NCBI GenBank assembly: GCA_040220235.1
Contig: JAVJTO010000057.1
Length of the DNA: 39,631 bases
Source of the DNA: Coleofasciculus sp. B1-GNL1-01
GTDB lineage: Bacteria > Cyanobacteriota > Cyanobacteriia > Cyanobacteriales > Coleofasciculaceae
Direction: 5' to 3' (one strand)
Positions within the stretch are counted from its first letter, which is position 1; every line of letters starts with the position of its first letter. Position numbers and translations under genes: made by a program. The notes beneath the pieces were generated by a model. The model searched no databases. It was not told where the DNA came from and worked only from the letters and a program-made list of their open reading frames with translations. Positions 38,357-39,631 of the stretch are shown piece by piece.

Positions 38357-38415
38357 CGGATTAAAACCTAAGTAGAATTTACTTAGTTATATGTTGTTGT
38401 GTTGTCGTTAAGGGA

Positions 38416-38521
38416 TAAGCTGTCATGCATTTAAATTGGGTATTAGTAGCGAGCAAGATGCTCGCACTACGGCAAGGCTTTTGCCATTATTGACATTAAG
38501 GTTTAAATGCCGAACAGCTTA
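38416..38521 (+). mobile_element. Intact 106-bp MITE copy
   Basis: taagctgtcatgcatttaaa...tttaaatgccgaacagctta terminal inverted repeats. Confidence 0.82.
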
Positions 38522-38894
38522 TTGGTTAAATTGTATCAAAATTTGCCTCTCTAATAATATTCTCCTGTAGGGGCGACCCGCAGGCATAAATTGACAACTG
38601 TGTTTATTCAATTTGAACGGATCGCCCTTGGTTTTCAGGGGAAGTCTAAACATCTGAGTCGGGGCGGGTTTAGTCACATCTGGGTGCAACCAAAAAGATA
38701 GTTATGAAACCCGCCCCTACACAATTAAAACAAATGTCGCTGATTTAAGTTCGTAGTAGGCACTTTAGTACCAGAAGCGCTAAAGCGCTGACTACAAACT
38801 CTAAAGTCAGTGCCATTTCACTTAACCCTAACGTTGTTTAGATTGGATTATGTAAATATAATTTATGGCTAATATCATAGCACATCTAAATCTT

Positions 38895-39631
38895 TTAATT
38901 TTCTAATTGTGCCAATTTATTCTGAGCAAAATCCCTAACTTTTTTATCAGAATTATTTTCGGCTCTGTCGCGCAGCAAGGGTAGAGTCTGGGGATTATCG
39001 GGATATTGTTTGATAATGATTTCAAGTGCTAATTGCCGAGGATTATCTTGCCAGACTTCCTCACGCACAAAGGGATCATTGAGAGCGCGATCGCGTAACA
39101 ATTTAAATAGCCATGGCTCATCTTTCCAGCCTTTGGCTAACTCTTGCACCGCTGTATATCGCACAGCCCAAGAGTCATCAGATTGGGCTTTTTGTTTGAG
39201 AATAGGTAAGGTGTCTGGCTCATCTTTCCAGCCTTTGGCTAATTCTTCCACCGCTGCACGTCGCACAAGCTCATCGTCATCAGATTGGGCTTTTTGTTTG
39301 AGAATAGGTAAGGTGTCTGGGTCATCTTTCCAGCCTTTGGCTAATTCTTTCACCGCTGCTTCTCGCACAGCTCCATCGTCATCAGATTGGGCTATTTGTT
39401 TCAGCCAAGATAAGGTGTCTGGGTCATCTTTCCAGCCTTTGACTAATTCTTGCACCGCTTCATATCGCACAATCTCATCGTCATCAGATTGGGCTATTTG
39501 TTTCAGCCAAGGTAAGGTGTCTGGGTCATCTTTCCAACCTTTGGCTAATTCTTGTAACGCTGCACGTCGCACATATTCATTGTCATCAGATAGGGCTTTT
39601 TGTTTGAGAATCGGTAAAGTGTCTGGGTCAT
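38895..39631 (-). CDS. HEAT-repeat protein, C-terminal part (5' end beyond the window; possibly a NACHT-HEAT protein)
   Basis: 34-aa repeats VRxxAxQELAKGWKDDPDTLPxLKQxAQSDD; frame stays open to the window end. Confidence 0.88.
   Translation of the reverse strand, partial: DPDTLPILKQKALSDDNEYVRRAALQELAKGWKDDPDTLPWLKQIAQSDDDEIVRYEAVQELVKGWKDDPDTLSWLKQIAQSDDDGAVREAAVKELAKGWKDDPDTLPILKQKAQSDDDELVRRAAVEELAKGWKDEPDTLPILKQKAQSDDSWAVRYTAVQELAKGWKDEPWLFKLLRDRALNDPFVREEVWQDNPRQLALEIIIKQYPDNPQTLPLLRDRAENNSDKKVRDFAQNKLAQLEN

Overview
Chromosomal window from a filamentous cyanobacterium. Evidence: psaC, many HIP1 GCGATCGC octamers, heptamer tandem repeats and GTAG-type REP/MITE elements; a Coleofasciculus/Microcoleus-like origin is only my inference. 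In order it carries: the right end of an IS200/IS605 (tnpB) element; DUF3288, psaC, glmS, Uma2; an amidohydrolase / cysteine hydrolase / cupin / ThuA / CocE cluster; three hybrid histidine kinases; an orphan IS630-type HTH gene; a convergent pair of AAA_35 (STAND-like) genes, one AAA-TM-WD40 and one HTH-AAA with a degenerate Walker B; a tnpB-only element with a rearranged RuvC site inserted just before a GltS-like symporter; an ABC exporter; a methyltransferase-HIT fusion with an HxSxH motif; two tandem vWA paralogs; futA; dprA bracketed by MITEs; Uma2; and the 3' end of a HEAT-repeat protein. The best candidates for undescribed biology are the AAA_35 receptor/HTH pair, the MTase-HIT fusion, the hydrolase cluster, the atypical TnpB and a nested MITE whose empty site is also in the window. 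All family calls come from motif recognition by eye; no searches were run.
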